A stretch of DNA of 64,000 nucleotides from Selaginella moellendorffii. Taxonomy: Eukaryota > Plantae > Lycopodiophyta. The stretch spans positions 990,702-1,054,701 of the forward strand of contig NW_003314301.1 in assembly GCF_000143415.4 (NCBI RefSeq), in the 5' to 3' direction. This document shows positions 35,987-48,961 of this stretch, piece by piece. The position numbers were made by a program, and so were the translations under genes. Position 1 is the first letter of the stretch; each line of letters begins with the position of its first letter. The notes under the pieces are model-generated. The model was not told the origin of the DNA, did not search any database, and saw nothing but the letters and a program-made list of their open reading frames with translations.

Positions 35987-38900
35987 TATCAGGAGTTAGT
36001 CTCTGGGACAAGCTCTAAATATGGAATATCCTTAGATTATGAATTTGGACACGAGATGAACACCATTGTGTTCAGGACAATTTCTACATTCTGTAGATAT
36101 GCCAAATGGACAAATTTAGGCATTTTTCATAAATAGCATTTGGGACCGGAATGACACTAACACAAAGGGCATGATAGCAAGGGTGTTTGGCAAACACGGT
36201 AAGCTATCATCCAATAATATTAAGGGATTAATCTCAATATACAAGGGTTCTTGTCACTAGCTAGTGCAAGACATAACAAGATGGGAACTCTTTATCGGGT
36301 TAAGTATACTTAGTTAATAGTACGTAGGAATTTTATCCTTATGCTTATCCAGTTTAAGTACACTTGAAATGCCCAATTAACTCCACTAGCAGAAGAAAGA
36401 CTAATAACAAGTCCAGGAATACCTACCTCCTGCCATTGTGGTAGTAAAGAAAGAATATTCGAAAGAACAACCAATAGATAACTTTTAATACCTAAAGTTA
36501 CATTTGCGACACGTTCCCCCCCGTTAGGGAAGATCTACGTCCTTGTCAATGCATACTCCAGTCTAAACCACCAACAAGGAAAAAACTTTAGAAAAAGATC
36601 ACAGTGATCACATTATGTGAGAAATGCACCAACTTAAATGAGTTATAGTAACTTCTTTGTCTAATGCAAATGCACTACCAACTCAGACACCTTCCGGCTG
36701 TTGCCAACAAGGAAATAACCAACAGAGTCAACCACCCTTACTACTCTAGGTGTCACTCAATTTACAAAAGTGTGATATGTCCTTGCCTGCAGGGACATAG
36801 AGAGAGAAGCCAAAGGCCCCAACCCTTATAAACAAAGAAACCAAATCCGTCGGTAAAGTTTAAATAAACTTTTATAAACAGGTAGTTAGAGTTGTTTACA
36901 CGGTCACACCCTTTTTACGAAATAAAGAATATCGACAAAGAAGCAAGTGATGTGACCAATCGACAATAGTTACCCCATAACTAAAGATTTCACTATACAC
37001 ACAAAGTGCGGAAGCCAGTCTGCCTATATTGGCCCAAACTAAAAGATCAATATATAGACAATATCAAAGTTAGAGACAATGAAATTTTAAAGACTTAATT
37101 ATTAGTGAATAAATCTTAGATTAAAACACAAATGTATTCTAAGTAAGTTATCATTTGATAAACCAGTATTATAGTATAGGAATCACCAAGATCACTATAG
37201 TTGGAAAACATAGGATTCACTATCTAACAAAATTCAATAACTAATATATATCATTAATAACACTCAATGATAAAACTTAACTATCAAAGATTGCAAATAA
37301 CATACTAAACAACTTATGAAAGACAGCTCAAATAACACAAAGTATCATTGAGAGATAAGTAAAAAGCTCGCAAATGTATCACCCAAAGGTAATAACATTC
37401 AACCTATCAAAATCAGTTATAGTAATAATCAACAAAACAAAGTGAATACCGTAAAACCAATAAACACTTATTCATGCCGACTATCACACTAACCAAGTTT
37501 AATAGATCCTGTTCAACAATACGAAGGAACTCAAGTTGCTTAAGTAATCGTTAGCAACATCCTATCGATGTCTTAAACCCAAAAGACCAATCTAGAATAT
37601 ACTACAAAGAACATGTGGTAATGCGAAAAACCATAAGCCATCAAAAAGAACAATTAACCATCATAAAAGATTATCAATCATCCCATCAAAAAGAGATATG
37701 CAGAATCATTGTCAAAGAAAGAATTTACCATCTCGAAGAATAGCGAATTATTTTATATTAACAATAATCAAGTAAAACCTTTTGACAAGGATAATCAACT
37801 ACCTTAGATGATAATCAATCATCACCAATGATTGTTAAATGCAAAAGGCAACTTCAACATCGAAGTGTGAGACACAAAATCCCTAGGCCCCAAAGTGGAG
37901 CCAGAAGGGTGCCATGTGGTGGTGGCCAAAGCGAAAACTAAACAAGCGTAACACGTTTGGACTAAAAACCCCGACTTGAAAGGTCGAGAGCGGGAGTGGA
38001 ACTCCCAACAAAGTGCTCAAGGAACAAGCACAAAGCGAGCAATAAGCGAGGCTCCAAAAAAAGGGACCCAAAAAGGACCAACACATGACACGTGGAAGTG
38101 TCCGAGATGGACTCAAGTTGGAGTCCGAAGTGGAGTCCGAAGTGGAGTCCGAGATGGACCCGAGTTGGAGTCCGAAGTGGAGTCCGAGGTGGACCTGAGT
38201 TGGAGTCTGAAGTGGAGTCCGAAGTGGAGTTCGAGAAGGACCCGAGATGGAGTCCGAGATGGACCCGAGATGGAGTCCGAGATGGACCCGAAATGGAGTC
38301 TGAGATGGATCCGAGATGGAGTCCGAGATGGAGTCCAAGGCGGAGTCCAAGTTGGAGTCCGAGGTGGACCCGAGATGGACCCGAAATGGAGTCCGAGGTG
38401 GAGTCCAAGGTGGAGTCCGAGGTGGACCCGAGATGGACCCGAAATGGAGTCCGAGATGGACCTGAGATGGAGTTCGAGATGGACCCGAGATGGAGTCCGA
38501 GATGGACCCGAGATGGAGTCCGAGATGGACCCGAGATGGAGTCCGAAGTTGAGACCGAGACCGAGACCGAGACCGGGACCGAGACCGAGATCGAGATCGG
38601 GACCAAGACCGAGACCGAGGCCGAGGCCGAGACCGAGGCCGAGCCCGAGTCCGAGTCCGAGTCCAAGTCCGAGTTCGAGTCTGAGAGGGTGAAAGCCCAA
38701 AGCGTTCGTCTCCCAGACCCTGGGGGGTTTGGTGAGCTCCAAAAGTATAGTAGGGGGGAGGACTGCAGTGGAGCCAGTTTGGCCAGGAAAGGCCAGTTTG
38801 GCCAGGAAAGGCCAGTTTGGCCCAGGAAGGCCAGACCCAGTGTTGGGTGATGAGCTGCCCATTGGGAAGTCCAAGACTAGAGTGAACACTAGCCGACAAG

Positions 38901-41900
38901 CGGGGTAGCTTGGTGAAGTGTTCAAGAGCCAGCTCTAGTTCCCCCGGGAGATCAACTGGCCGATGCTCCCAGTCCAAGTGTCGGTGGCACTACCTACTTG
39001 GATACCTGTCGTGGCTCAACAGAACCTCGCTCTAAGCCCATGGCTAGAGCACCCAAGGGCAGAAGGCAAGGAGAGTACCCACGAGACCCGCATATGGCCA
39101 CGGTGTTCCGAAATGTTGTCCCAAAGTCCAAACGGTGAAAGGGAAGAGGAGTAGGCCTCTAATGCAGTGACCAAGGATACGGTCACATGGTGAGGAAGTC
39201 CCAAAGGATAGTGGGACTTAGTGGTCGGGCCTGCGGGCCTTGATCCAGTGGCAGTATTGGCGAACACAGCCATGGACGAGAAGGGACTTGGTAGGAACTG
39301 GAAAAGAGATGTCGGGGAAGGCTATTCCCCATATCTGCGGGCATCTTAGGGATGCTAAGGAGTGGATCTGGGATGATCACTCACGAACGGATGGCCCAGT
39401 CTTTGAGAGACGGGACTATGATGCCGGTGGCGTTAGACCAAAGGTGTGACCAAGGTGAATGGGCATGGCCTTAGCGTAACGGGCCAATATGTCGGGGGTA
39501 CCTTGGGGTGTCGGTCATGGGATCGGACACGTGGAGCACTTGGACTAAGTGCAAAGGTGGAGTGGCACGGAGGCCATTCTCGGGGCTAGCAAGCCCAAGT
39601 CCTAACTGGGACTTATGGAGGTTGTGAATGAAACTCCTCCAAGTGGTTGGAGGTGCGGTTAAGTGACTAAAGTAAAATGGAAAAATTAGTCGCTTACACG
39701 AAGCTAATGAGCCAGAATGCCTTCCTTAACAAATTCTAACAAATGAACCACAAGCATGAAAACTCAAGGAACTAAAAGCTCGAAAATGTTTATAGCCAAA
39801 TCTTGTATAATAATGATCATGAGTCTTGCATGAACTAACTTCAATGTTAAAAAAGAAATTATGGTATAACCCACAATATCCTCTTTAACACATCTATAAG
39901 CTAAACTTCATAAATGCAAAACTAATGAAGAGTATTTTTGCATCAATCCAAAATTAATGATCTATGTTTGTTATTTTACATATGAGTATTGCATGAACTA
40001 ACTTCAATGCTAAAGAAGAAATTATGGTATAACCCATAATATCCTCCTTAACATATTTATAAGCTAAACTTCAGAAATGCAAAGCTAATGAAGAGTATTT
40101 CTGCATTAATCCAAAAGCCAAAAATAACAAAATTATGCTCAACAAGTGACCACTAAACCGATCCTCCATGAATCCGTTTATAACAAAACATAACTCACTT
40201 CATAACAAGCATAAAAAGAATCATTAATGATCAATATATTCCAACTCAAATCCAATAAAGATTTAAACATTCCAATATTGATCACTAATTCTTCCGCTTC
40301 TAGAGTTAATATAGTCTATGATTAAATCACTTTTCAAGAAAAAGCTAAAACACAACCCCTACTAAATAATCTTATCTAGAACATAACTGATTCAACTTGC
40401 CACTCAATTAATTTGCACAATACAGTTGCTAATTGACAAATGCACAAATGCTAATAACACAAAGTTATAGCCAAATCATTAACACTATCTCTATTGAGAC
40501 CAATGAAACTTAATATCAATCCTACGGAGAGACATCTCATTTCACTTAAATCTTAACATTAATAATATCAACAACAAGACATCACTTCTATGCCATCAAC
40601 ACCAAAACAAAGCTAAAAAAAAGCAAGAGTGAATCACCACCCAAAACTCTCTAACAGCTAAGCTAACCAAAGTTGAAGATATTTTAATCAGTATCCAAGA
40701 CTAATCCTTCAATAATACTCAGATACAAATAACACATCATCAAGAAATGAATCACCACATCCAAGATTCAATGTAATCCAACTCTACAGACTAAATGTAA
40801 TTAAATGATATTGACAAAGGAATCGATATGCCAACATAGAAAAACCATGTAAGCCATGACATGACCCTACGCAACACTATCAGATAAAGCAAGTCTATCA
40901 TTGCTAAATTATCATCAAGTGAAGTAAGTATCAAAAGTCCTTAACGAAGTCTAAAGCAACCAACAACCACTTTTCAACTTGCCTTCACAAAACCCAAACA
41001 CTAAACTCATGCCATCAAGTCATATACTTGTCTAATATGAATGTAACACCCCAAGTATGAGATATAGGTTCATGGACAAACAAGAACTAAATAACCACTC
41101 AAATTTAATTTAACTGCAATAAGCTCACCAACACGTTTAGCTGTTAGCTCTAAGCATACATTGAAGAGGCTAGCTATACATGACCAACACTTAGTCAAAA
41201 CTAAAATGAAAACTCATATTGGTACATAACCTCCTTATAGACAAAGTTATAGTAAGGTATTAACATCTTAACCTCAAACAACTAAGTTGGACATCACCAT
41301 CTTAAGCCAAGGTATAGGGCCACCAAGACCAAATCAAGATCAATAAGAATTCACTACTCTCACAATGTTTAACGAAATGCAAAGTGCAACCTACCACCAA
41401 ATACAATACTAAAAAAAGAAAAGCACAAGGGTCACCTTTCTAGAAAAATGTAACGACCACTTTTTTACACCAACTCCAGACTCTATCCAACTCAATTGCC
41501 TTAGCCTCAAGAAAGCAACATCCCTTTTAGGCTATATCATACAAACTACATACTAAGGTTTAAACAAACCAAAGTCAACTCCAACCCTTTCACTAGTTTG
41601 TATTAATTGTCTCTGGGACAAGCTTGAAACTTACTAAATATAGAATGTCCCTAAATCTAGATTGTGAATTTAGACATGGGATGAATACTATTGTGTTCAG
41701 GACAATTTCTACATTCCATAGATATGCCAAATGAGTAAATCTAGACACTTTCCATAAATAGTATTTAGGACTGGAATGAGACTGATAGCGAGGGTGTTTA
41801 GTAGACATGGTAAGCTATCATCCAGTGATATTGAGGGACTAGTCTCAATACGCGAGAGTTTTTGTCACTAGCCAGTGCAAAACATAATGAGACGGGAACT

Positions 41901-42123
41901 TCGTACTAGGCTAAGTATGCTTAAGCTAATAGTATATAGGAATTCCGTCTTTATGCTCATCCTGTCTAAGTACACTCAAAATGTCTAGTTAACTCCACTA
42001 GCATAAGAGGGATTAATAACAAGTCTAGCAATACTAACCTCTTATCATTGTGGCAGTAATAAAAGAATATCCAAAAGGATATTTAATAGATAACTTTTGA
42101 TACTTAAAGTCATATTCACAACA
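35987..42123 (-). mobile_element. Older, heavily decayed LTR retrotransposon (gypsy-like) hosting the solo LTR
   Basis: Related direct repeats at ~35987-36511 and 41599-42123. GGGGGGAACG-like PPT on the minus strand at ~36512-36522. The plus strand is strongly G-depleted, with faint RT-like remnants near 40100. Confidence 0.6.
37866..39698 (+). mobile_element. Solo LTR (1,833 bp) of the same family as 28768-35266, in the opposite orientation
   Basis: TGTGAGAC...GCTTACA flanked by a perfect TSD CGAAG (37861-65, 39699-703). Reverse-complement homology to 33747-35266. Confidence 0.92.
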
Positions 42124-44059
42124 ATAGTAGGTAAGTTATGTATAGTTGACCAATTTAAAGCATAGTCTAACTCATGCCTACATGTCTATCCTTGTTTTAT
42201 GTTTAGCTTGGGTGTAAAATTAAGTGTTCTACCATATTAGCTAATGGAGTATTTATATCCTCGCATTAGACCATTAGTATATTGAAATAGTGTAAAACTC
42301 CATTTAGCTCTATTTTGTATGCTAGTTTTAGCATTAGGATGGTACTTGCTCTAAGACTATTCCTAAGTTACTCCTTAATTATATCTCTTTGCTCATTGGG
42401 TTATATGCTCAAAAGTTTTTTTATGTTTTGATTCTTTCACACTTTGACTATATGCTCTAGAGTTTGGCTCCATCTTTTTGTTTAATGGCTCAAAGCCCTA
42501 AAACTTGAGTTTTGCTTTGCTACTCTTGGTGCACATATTTAAGGGTTTAAGTTTCACTATATTGCTCTTAGTCCACATGTCTAACGATTTAGATTCCTTT
42601 TCGTAGTTTTCCTATAGTAAATCACCATAGGGTAAAAAGTGAAAACCACGTGCCTCATATCACCCTAGTCCTAAAAGATAGTATTTGGGACAAAATAAAA
42701 TATTAAATATAGAATTGTGTCAGATTGTAAATTTAGGCCTAAAAGCAATACCATTGTATTGAGGACAATTTTTATATTCTATAGATATATCTAATTAGCA
42801 AATCTAGGCATTTTTCATAAATAACCAATGAGACTAAAATGGGACCAAAATATAAAGCATATTAGTGAGAGTGTCTAGTGGATATAGTGAGTTATCATGT
42901 TGTGATATCAATTCAAGTATACATAAGATAGTTGATTTCTAAACTAGCTTAGGCAGAAACCAATAAGGGGGATCTTCTATTATTATGGCAGTAAGAAGAG
43001 AATATTTAAATGGATTTACTCTATAAATATTTCACCTCATTTGGGTCAAATAGGCAATATACCATAAACTTGTTTACTATTGAACTCTTGAAATTGAATA
43101 TAAAAATTAAAATTTTGAAAGAATCTAGAATAATTACTTTATTAAACTTTTCCAACAAAATAATTTACCATCCATGCTATAAGCTTCACTAAAATATACC
43201 CATCCTACTTTTATCACATCCTTCAATATTTTGTTGAGTTGTTTATTAAAGAGTATACCATTGCCAATAATGGTACACTCCACATGATATGGTTGTTGAA
43301 GAAAAAACCTTTTCACTCTAGATAGATGACTTCTACCATTGTATTTAATGCAAAATAAAAATTCCCTGCTAAAAAGATCTCTATAATAGTAATCCAATGT
43401 GACTCCATACCTAAAATTCTTTGCAACATTTTAACACAATCTGGTGAAAAAGCATACAAGGCTTTAAATTTTAATACATTCTAAGTCACATTTTTTAATG
43501 TTAATTATGTAGATATATTTTTATAGTTATGATTTTCTGTTATTAAACTTTTCTCTGTTTGTAATCAAGGTTGTAATATTTCTTATCACTAGAGTTTGCA
43601 TGAGTTGGATACTTTAAATATTGAAAAACTTTTATATCAACAGTTTGCATGCTTACTATAAGTTTAATGGCTGATCTTGTTATATGACAAGTCTTCAATC
43701 ACGTGACTTAAAATTTAATGTTTACCATTTTGCATTGTGTGCTGAAAAAGTATTCTAACTCTAATGTTTAAAAAAGTTGGCATAGCTTTGCCACCAAACT
43801 TTACTAAACAGCATCTTTACATAATGTTTTGTGTTTACTTATTTGTATATTTGCAAGGAAGCAAATATCAAACTTTGAAATTTTTGTTTATCTGGTAATG
43901 ACAAGTGTGAGTTTCTGAAACTTTACCATTTAGTAATGTATTTTTTTAACCATGGATGCAAAAGCAAGCAAAGCAAAATGGATTTTATATTTAAGTTAGT
44001 CATTTAATTTCCAGAGTTTTTAGGTAATCACAAACATTCTTCTAAAGCTATAAATAAAA

Positions 44060-44805
44060 AGCACCCTTCCCTGGCCGGTCTCCATATCCTTCATTTCTCT
44101 TTTGAAGATTCCATAGGGCGGTTCAGGGAATAAATATCTTCAATGCCTAATCTGTGCCAACAACATAGCTACACACCACGCCTTAGAACTACTGATCGTA
44201 TAAAAAGAGAAATTTGAGAAATCCAGGCCTTCCGGGGAACTCGTAGAGAAAACGATCTCCTCCAGATATCTGGGGAGAAAAGATCACTGCATTTGGTCCA
44301 GCATCAAAAGTGTACGCTGCCTGGAATGTTCTCACATCAATGTAACGAAATCTGATTAAATAAAAAAATACCTGAGGACTTCCTTCCAGTGCTCCACGAG
44401 TCCAATGATCCTTCTGGAGGTATCGTTCATGTAGCAAATTGGTGGAGAGGTGTCTAGGCAAGTTGCATGGAACTGGTTGCTGTCCGCGCAAGTCAACTTG
44501 GCGAAGGAAGAGAAATCGCGTTTGGACAGAGCTTCTTCCATCTCCGTGATTCTCTTTGGCACTACTCCCTGTTTGGGAATATAAACTTACATATGCCAGG
44601 AAGTCAAAATCGAGAGAGAAAAAATCACCTTGGCTCGATAATGTAGGAGTGGACTTGTCTGGACAGACTCTTGCATGCCCGATGTATTGCTCACTTCTTT
44701 CTGCCGCGAACGAACTCAGATAAAATCACAATAGGTACACTCAGAACTTCCAAAGCTTCATACTTGCCCACAAATCACAAACTTGTGATGCTCTACAAAC
44801 GGAAA
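44060..44805 (-). pseudogene. Partial duplicate of the 3' half of the MVD gene
   Basis: The exon [40 protein letters not shown] and [12 protein letters not shown], with introns, are near-identical to 48980-49840. Small deletions break the frame and no 5' exons are present. Confidence 0.85.
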
Positions 44806-44812
44806 TCATTTG

Positions 44813-47800
44813 TCATTGCAGGTGTTCCTGGCAGACCCAGATGCCCTTCTCCTTGTTGCGGAAGAGACCAAAGTCGGCAGCAAATCTCAGTTTCTGCTCT
44901 CCGAGAAAGTACTTGTAAAACACTTGCAGCTCCTCGAGCGTGGGGATTCTTTTGTGTAGTGGGTTCTCATGCGTCGGAGACTCATCCAGACGTTTGTCTA
45001 TGGCTCCAAATAGCTTACCCACGACCTCCTTGAATACGTCGTCTTTAACGCTCTTGGGCAGCGATGGCAAAGATACCCCAAGTGTAGACACCAATGCAAG
45101 TTTTCCCGCGAAGAATAAGATCTTGAGGGCAGGAATCAGCACGGGAGCAGCCTTTGTCCACCACTCGGGATCGACTCTGATGGGAAATCCCTTTTGATCT
45201 TCCACCGGATGGCAGCCACCGTACTCGCACAGGAAATGCAGCTTCCAACTGGAACCAAAAGCCGAGGATGAAAACCGCTGCAAGATATTCTTGTTGTCGA
45301 CGAAGTATGGATACTTGGGTTCCTTTGAGTCCCACTGCAACGCCAGCTTGGACATGATCTTATCACTCTGCAGCTGGACTGATGCCAGTTTCTGCAACAC
45401 CTTCTCCTCCAGCTTGGAGATTCGAGAAATGACCCGGTCGGCCTCTTTGGTGACGTGATTCTTGATGTGCCTCTCCAGAATTTTGATCTGCGCCTGCAGA
45501 ATTTTGACTGCATCCTGAAGTGTGATGTCCTCCGACTTATCAATGCAAGCACTCGCTGTCTCCAAATCTTCAGCTTCTACACACTCCTGCACCTCGTCTT
45601 TGATGGCGTCCAGGAGGTCTAGACGAGTTGCAAAGTATCGCTCCCGCTCTTCCGGCAACACCATCTTCAGCACCTGACTATATTCGAACTTCCAATGATC
45701 TTCCGAAGGCCATGCATACTTGTAGAGCAAGTTCTTCTCCAGGACCTCGGCAAGCGGAACCACTTGAACTGGAGGCGAGCTCGTGAACTCCAAGTTCAAG
45801 AGCTTCACGCACTCTGGCTTGATGATCTTCTCTTCCAGCTCAATGGCCGGGCAGCCCCAGTTGTACGCACCACATATCTCACTGATGCATTTCTTAATTT
45901 TGAAGAAGAGCCTTCCTGCCTCGTCGAGATTTGACTCCTCAGGTATGCAAGCTAGCACGTCGATCCAATGCCGGTCGTTCCAATGACCCCTCTGGCCTCC
46001 TACTTTGACGATCATCTCAATGTTGTTCTCACCCAGGTGCCACCAGCCTTGCCCCACAGTGTAGGCGGATGATAAGCTCGCAAGCCTGACCTGTAGCATT
46101 GTAAATATACCTGTTGGAAGCAGCATCTTCTCTGAATCCTTGCATTCGAGCCTCCTCCCCCAGAAAGTGGTGGTGTCGTCATCCGCAGCCATCGAACCGG
46201 CTGGTAAATTCGACCACGATTGGATTCTCTCAGTTAGGAGTGACAGGACAATGGCTCGTTTAGTTTTCTGATCCAATAGCAACACTCCTAGCCTGTTCAG
46301 CGAGGTGATAATATAGGGAAGATCGTCCGGTGTGCAGCCTTTCTTTGGAAGCATGTCTTCGACCTGGATTATCGGCATCCAAGTGGGAGGAGGCTGCTCC
46401 GCTGGCAGGTTGTCGATCATCCTATTCTGGCGAGGTAAGAAAACTCCGATAATATCTCGAACAAACCACTGAACATCGAGAATGAGAAAAACCTGGTCTT
46501 CATCGTCCACCTCCTGATCAAAATAGATCACCTCCCCCATGTCATGCAGATGGCTCACTGCGACTTTGAATAGTCGATGGTCCTGAATGCCCAACTTGCT
46601 CCTGAAGTGCTTCATGCGTATAAGCTTTTGTTGTTGAAATTTCTTTGCTTTGGCTAGAATGACAGCTTGACAGATCTCAGGTACCTTCGGTCTACTTGTT
46701 AGCAGCTCATCCAGTTTGAGCTTTAGGTGCTCTTTCAAAACTTTCACGCTCTTGACCTTGGTGGCCACCAAACCGAAGAGGCTGTTTTCAGCATGCCCAA
46801 AGTCGATCACACTTGAGTACTGCCGTACCATTTCTTTGCATCTTGACTTTGCCAGGTCTGACATCGTCCAACCGTCTTGTGGCGGGATACTGTCCTCAAA
46901 ATAGTTCAGCACAATCAGAACTTTTGGTTTGTGCTTGGTCAAGGTTCTGTGTGACACTATGAACCTTAACCAGTACTGAAGTTGGTCTTCCCACGTTCGA
47001 ATATCTTCCTTACCAGGAGCCTTGGAGACGATTAGAAAGAGGTCCTTGTCGCTCCCTCTGATGAAATAGTGGTGGAAAGCATGGAATTCCGGTTGACCAG
47101 CCAAGTCACATATTAGCAGGGTCTTCTTATCAAATTCAATCTTTTCCATATCAATCCCGTAGGTGGATAGATGGCGCTGCAACTTGGGAAGGATACCTTT
47201 TTGTCTGGAAAGATTTTTCCGTATTGTAGTCTTCCCGACTCCAGAATTTCCACAGATGAAAAGCTTGGCCATGGTTGGTTCCACCCGCTTTTGGGCTGCA
47301 AGGCCCTCAATACGATATAACTTGTTGCGCTCCATGATCTGTGAGCAGTACGTAGCCATAATATCGGTGTCCCAATTCGTTCTAAATGTCTCCAGGGGGC
47401 AATTAAAATTCTCGTTGAGGTACTCAACAATCTGTGCCAGGCCATCCAGCTTACCAATATCAAGGCGTTGAATTTTGCAATTAGGTAACAACTCCAGGAG
47501 CCGTTGGCCTTTACAGCATGGAAAGCTTGTATCTCGAATGTTTTCTGGCTCGTGTTCAATATCCAAGACGAGACTGCGGAGGCTTGAGGTTAGAAGCTCA
47601 CCCATGACAGATAGCAGCTTCTCTTCCTCGTTCATGAAACCAGAATAACCTGAATGCACTTCTAGTGAGTTGAGAACCACCGAGTCCTTGCATAGCTTCC
47701 CAAGTTCTCCAATGAAACCAGTGCTCTGCACCCCTCTAAGCATCAAATGGTGCAGCTTGCAATGCTTACTTCTCAAACCTGTCATAAACTCGCTGGCACT

Positions 47801-48469
47801 CTTGTCGACGGTAATGAGCTTCTGCTGGTACACATCCAAGCCGAGGTCAACCAGCTTACAATCTGGGCTTTGAAGTGTGCGGCCCAAATGCGACAAGATC
47901 TGAGAGTTAAGTGTGCGGCGATAGAGCCTGAGCCTCCAAATGTTGCACGCAGGATTGACGAGCCGTTGGACGAGCAGTTGTAGAGCATGCTCTTCATGGA
48001 TATTACCCCCGTCCACTGTCAGCTCCAAGCTCTCCAGGGAGGGAACCGATGTCAAAGCCGAACAGAGGCGCTCATTTAGAATGAGTGTACCTTTTTGTGG
48101 AGATTTGATGGATAAGTGCCGCCAGGAGCAAGATGGAGCCTGGAGAGCACAAATCAGACCTTCTAACGTAGAATTCTGGTCGATCTCTAGATCCAAGGAT
48201 GCCAAACTGGTGAGACTTTGCAAGGACATGTCATCACAATAAGATGCTGAGAGGTGTTTCAGCTTCTTTCCTAAACGCTCTAGGATAGCCATCCGGTTCT
48301 CATCCAACTCAACCCTTCCAGGGACAGACACCCAAACATCACGATCCAAACCATTCAACTTATCAAGATCCTCAAACTCAAACTCTTTAAACTGGACATC
48401 AAACTCCAGGGATGACAAACCAGCAAAGATCCTATGTAGCTGCACATTAGAAAGCTGCCTAATGGCCAT
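44813..48469 (-). CDS. Intronless Roco-family protein (RNI-type LRR - Roc GTPase - COR), TORNADO1-like
   Basis: 1218-aa ORF with P-loop GNSGVGKTT, G3 DLAGQPEF, G4-like VLNYFE, COR-like LHDMGEVIYF and LILDVQWF, and N-terminal degenerate RI-like LRRs. Confidence 0.85.
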   Translation of the reverse strand: MAIRQLSNVQLHRIFAGLSSLEFDVQFKEFEFEDLDKLNGLDRDVWVSVPGRVELDENRMAILERLGKKLKHLSASYCDDMSLQSLTSLASLDLEIDQNSTLEGLICALQAPSCSWRHLSIKSPQKGTLILNERLCSALTSVPSLESLELTVDGGNIHEEHALQLLVQRLVNPACNIWRLRLYRRTLNSQILSHLGRTLQSPDCKLVDLGLDVYQQKLITVDKSASEFMTGLRSKHCKLHHLMLRGVQSTGFIGELGKLCKDSVVLNSLEVHSGYSGFMNEEEKLLSVMGELLTSSLRSLVLDIEHEPENIRDTSFPCCKGQRLLELLPNCKIQRLDIGKLDGLAQIVEYLNENFNCPLETFRTNWDTDIMATYCSQIMERNKLYRIEGLAAQKRVEPTMAKLFICGNSGVGKTTIRKNLSRQKGILPKLQRHLSTYGIDMEKIEFDKKTLLICDLAGQPEFHAFHHYFIRGSDKDLFLIVSKAPGKEDIRTWEDQLQYWLRFIVSHRTLTKHKPKVLIVLNYFEDSIPPQDGWTMSDLAKSRCKEMVRQYSSVIDFGHAENSLFGLVATKVKSVKVLKEHLKLKLDELLTSRPKVPEICQAVILAKAKKFQQQKLIRMKHFRSKLGIQDHRLFKVAVSHLHDMGEVIYFDQEVDDEDQVFLILDVQWFVRDIIGVFLPRQNRMIDNLPAEQPPPTWMPIIQVEDMLPKKGCTPDDLPYIITSLNRLGVLLLDQKTKRAIVLSLLTERIQSWSNLPAGSMAADDDTTTFWGRRLECKDSEKMLLPTGIFTMLQVRLASLSSAYTVGQGWWHLGENNIEMIVKVGGQRGHWNDRHWIDVLACIPEESNLDEAGRLFFKIKKCISEICGAYNWGCPAIELEEKIIKPECVKLLNLEFTSSPPVQVVPLAEVLEKNLLYKYAWPSEDHWKFEYSQVLKMVLPEERERYFATRLDLLDAIKDEVQECVEAEDLETASACIDKSEDITLQDAVKILQAQIKILERHIKNHVTKEADRVISRISKLEEKVLQKLASVQLQSDKIMSKLALQWDSKEPKYPYFVDNKNILQRFSSSAFGSSWKLHFLCEYGGCHPVEDQKGFPIRVDPEWWTKAAPVLIPALKILFFAGKLALVSTLGVSLPSLPKSVKDDVFKEVVGKLFGAIDKRLDESPTHENPLHKRIPTLEELQVFYKYFLGEQKLRFAADFGLFRNKEKGIWVCQEHLQ

Positions 48470-48961
48470 AACTCGGAAACTCTCAATGAAGCAAGTGCAT
48501 AGCCAAGAAGAACTCTGTATGCTCGCTGCTAAGTACGAGTTGTGAGGAAGAATTAGTCAGTGGGAGGAGCCAGAAAACGTTACCTCTCACATGTAAGAGC
48601 TAGCCTTTCTTAATAGTATAATAACATCATCAATAACACTAAATGTATCCAATTGCAAGGTACACATCAAACACCGTGGCCCTTCGTAAACTCTCCCCAC
48701 GTTCGGCCTCTAGCCACACATAAACAGCATATAGATAAGCTCAACAAGTTCCACCCGAACGAACAGGAAGCGTTGACATCTAACTGCAAATGTAAGAGTA
48801 CAAGTTTCACGTTTTACAACCTTAGCCAGTAAGAGTGTCCAGATCTCGGCCCAAGTTCCACAACAAAAGCTTTGGAATCAATCAGTCGTCCTCCTTTGTA
48901 TTGGATTCTCCATTGGTAACCGCTTTTGAGAAGGCTATGGCTAAGTGGTCTTTCCTTGAAA

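Noticed and set aside
37883-38977. Long ORFs (234-364 aa) in LTRs, also at 29050-29756 and 34470-35277
   Set aside because: They are by-products of stop-free 6/12-bp tandem repeats that are open in several frames on both strands.
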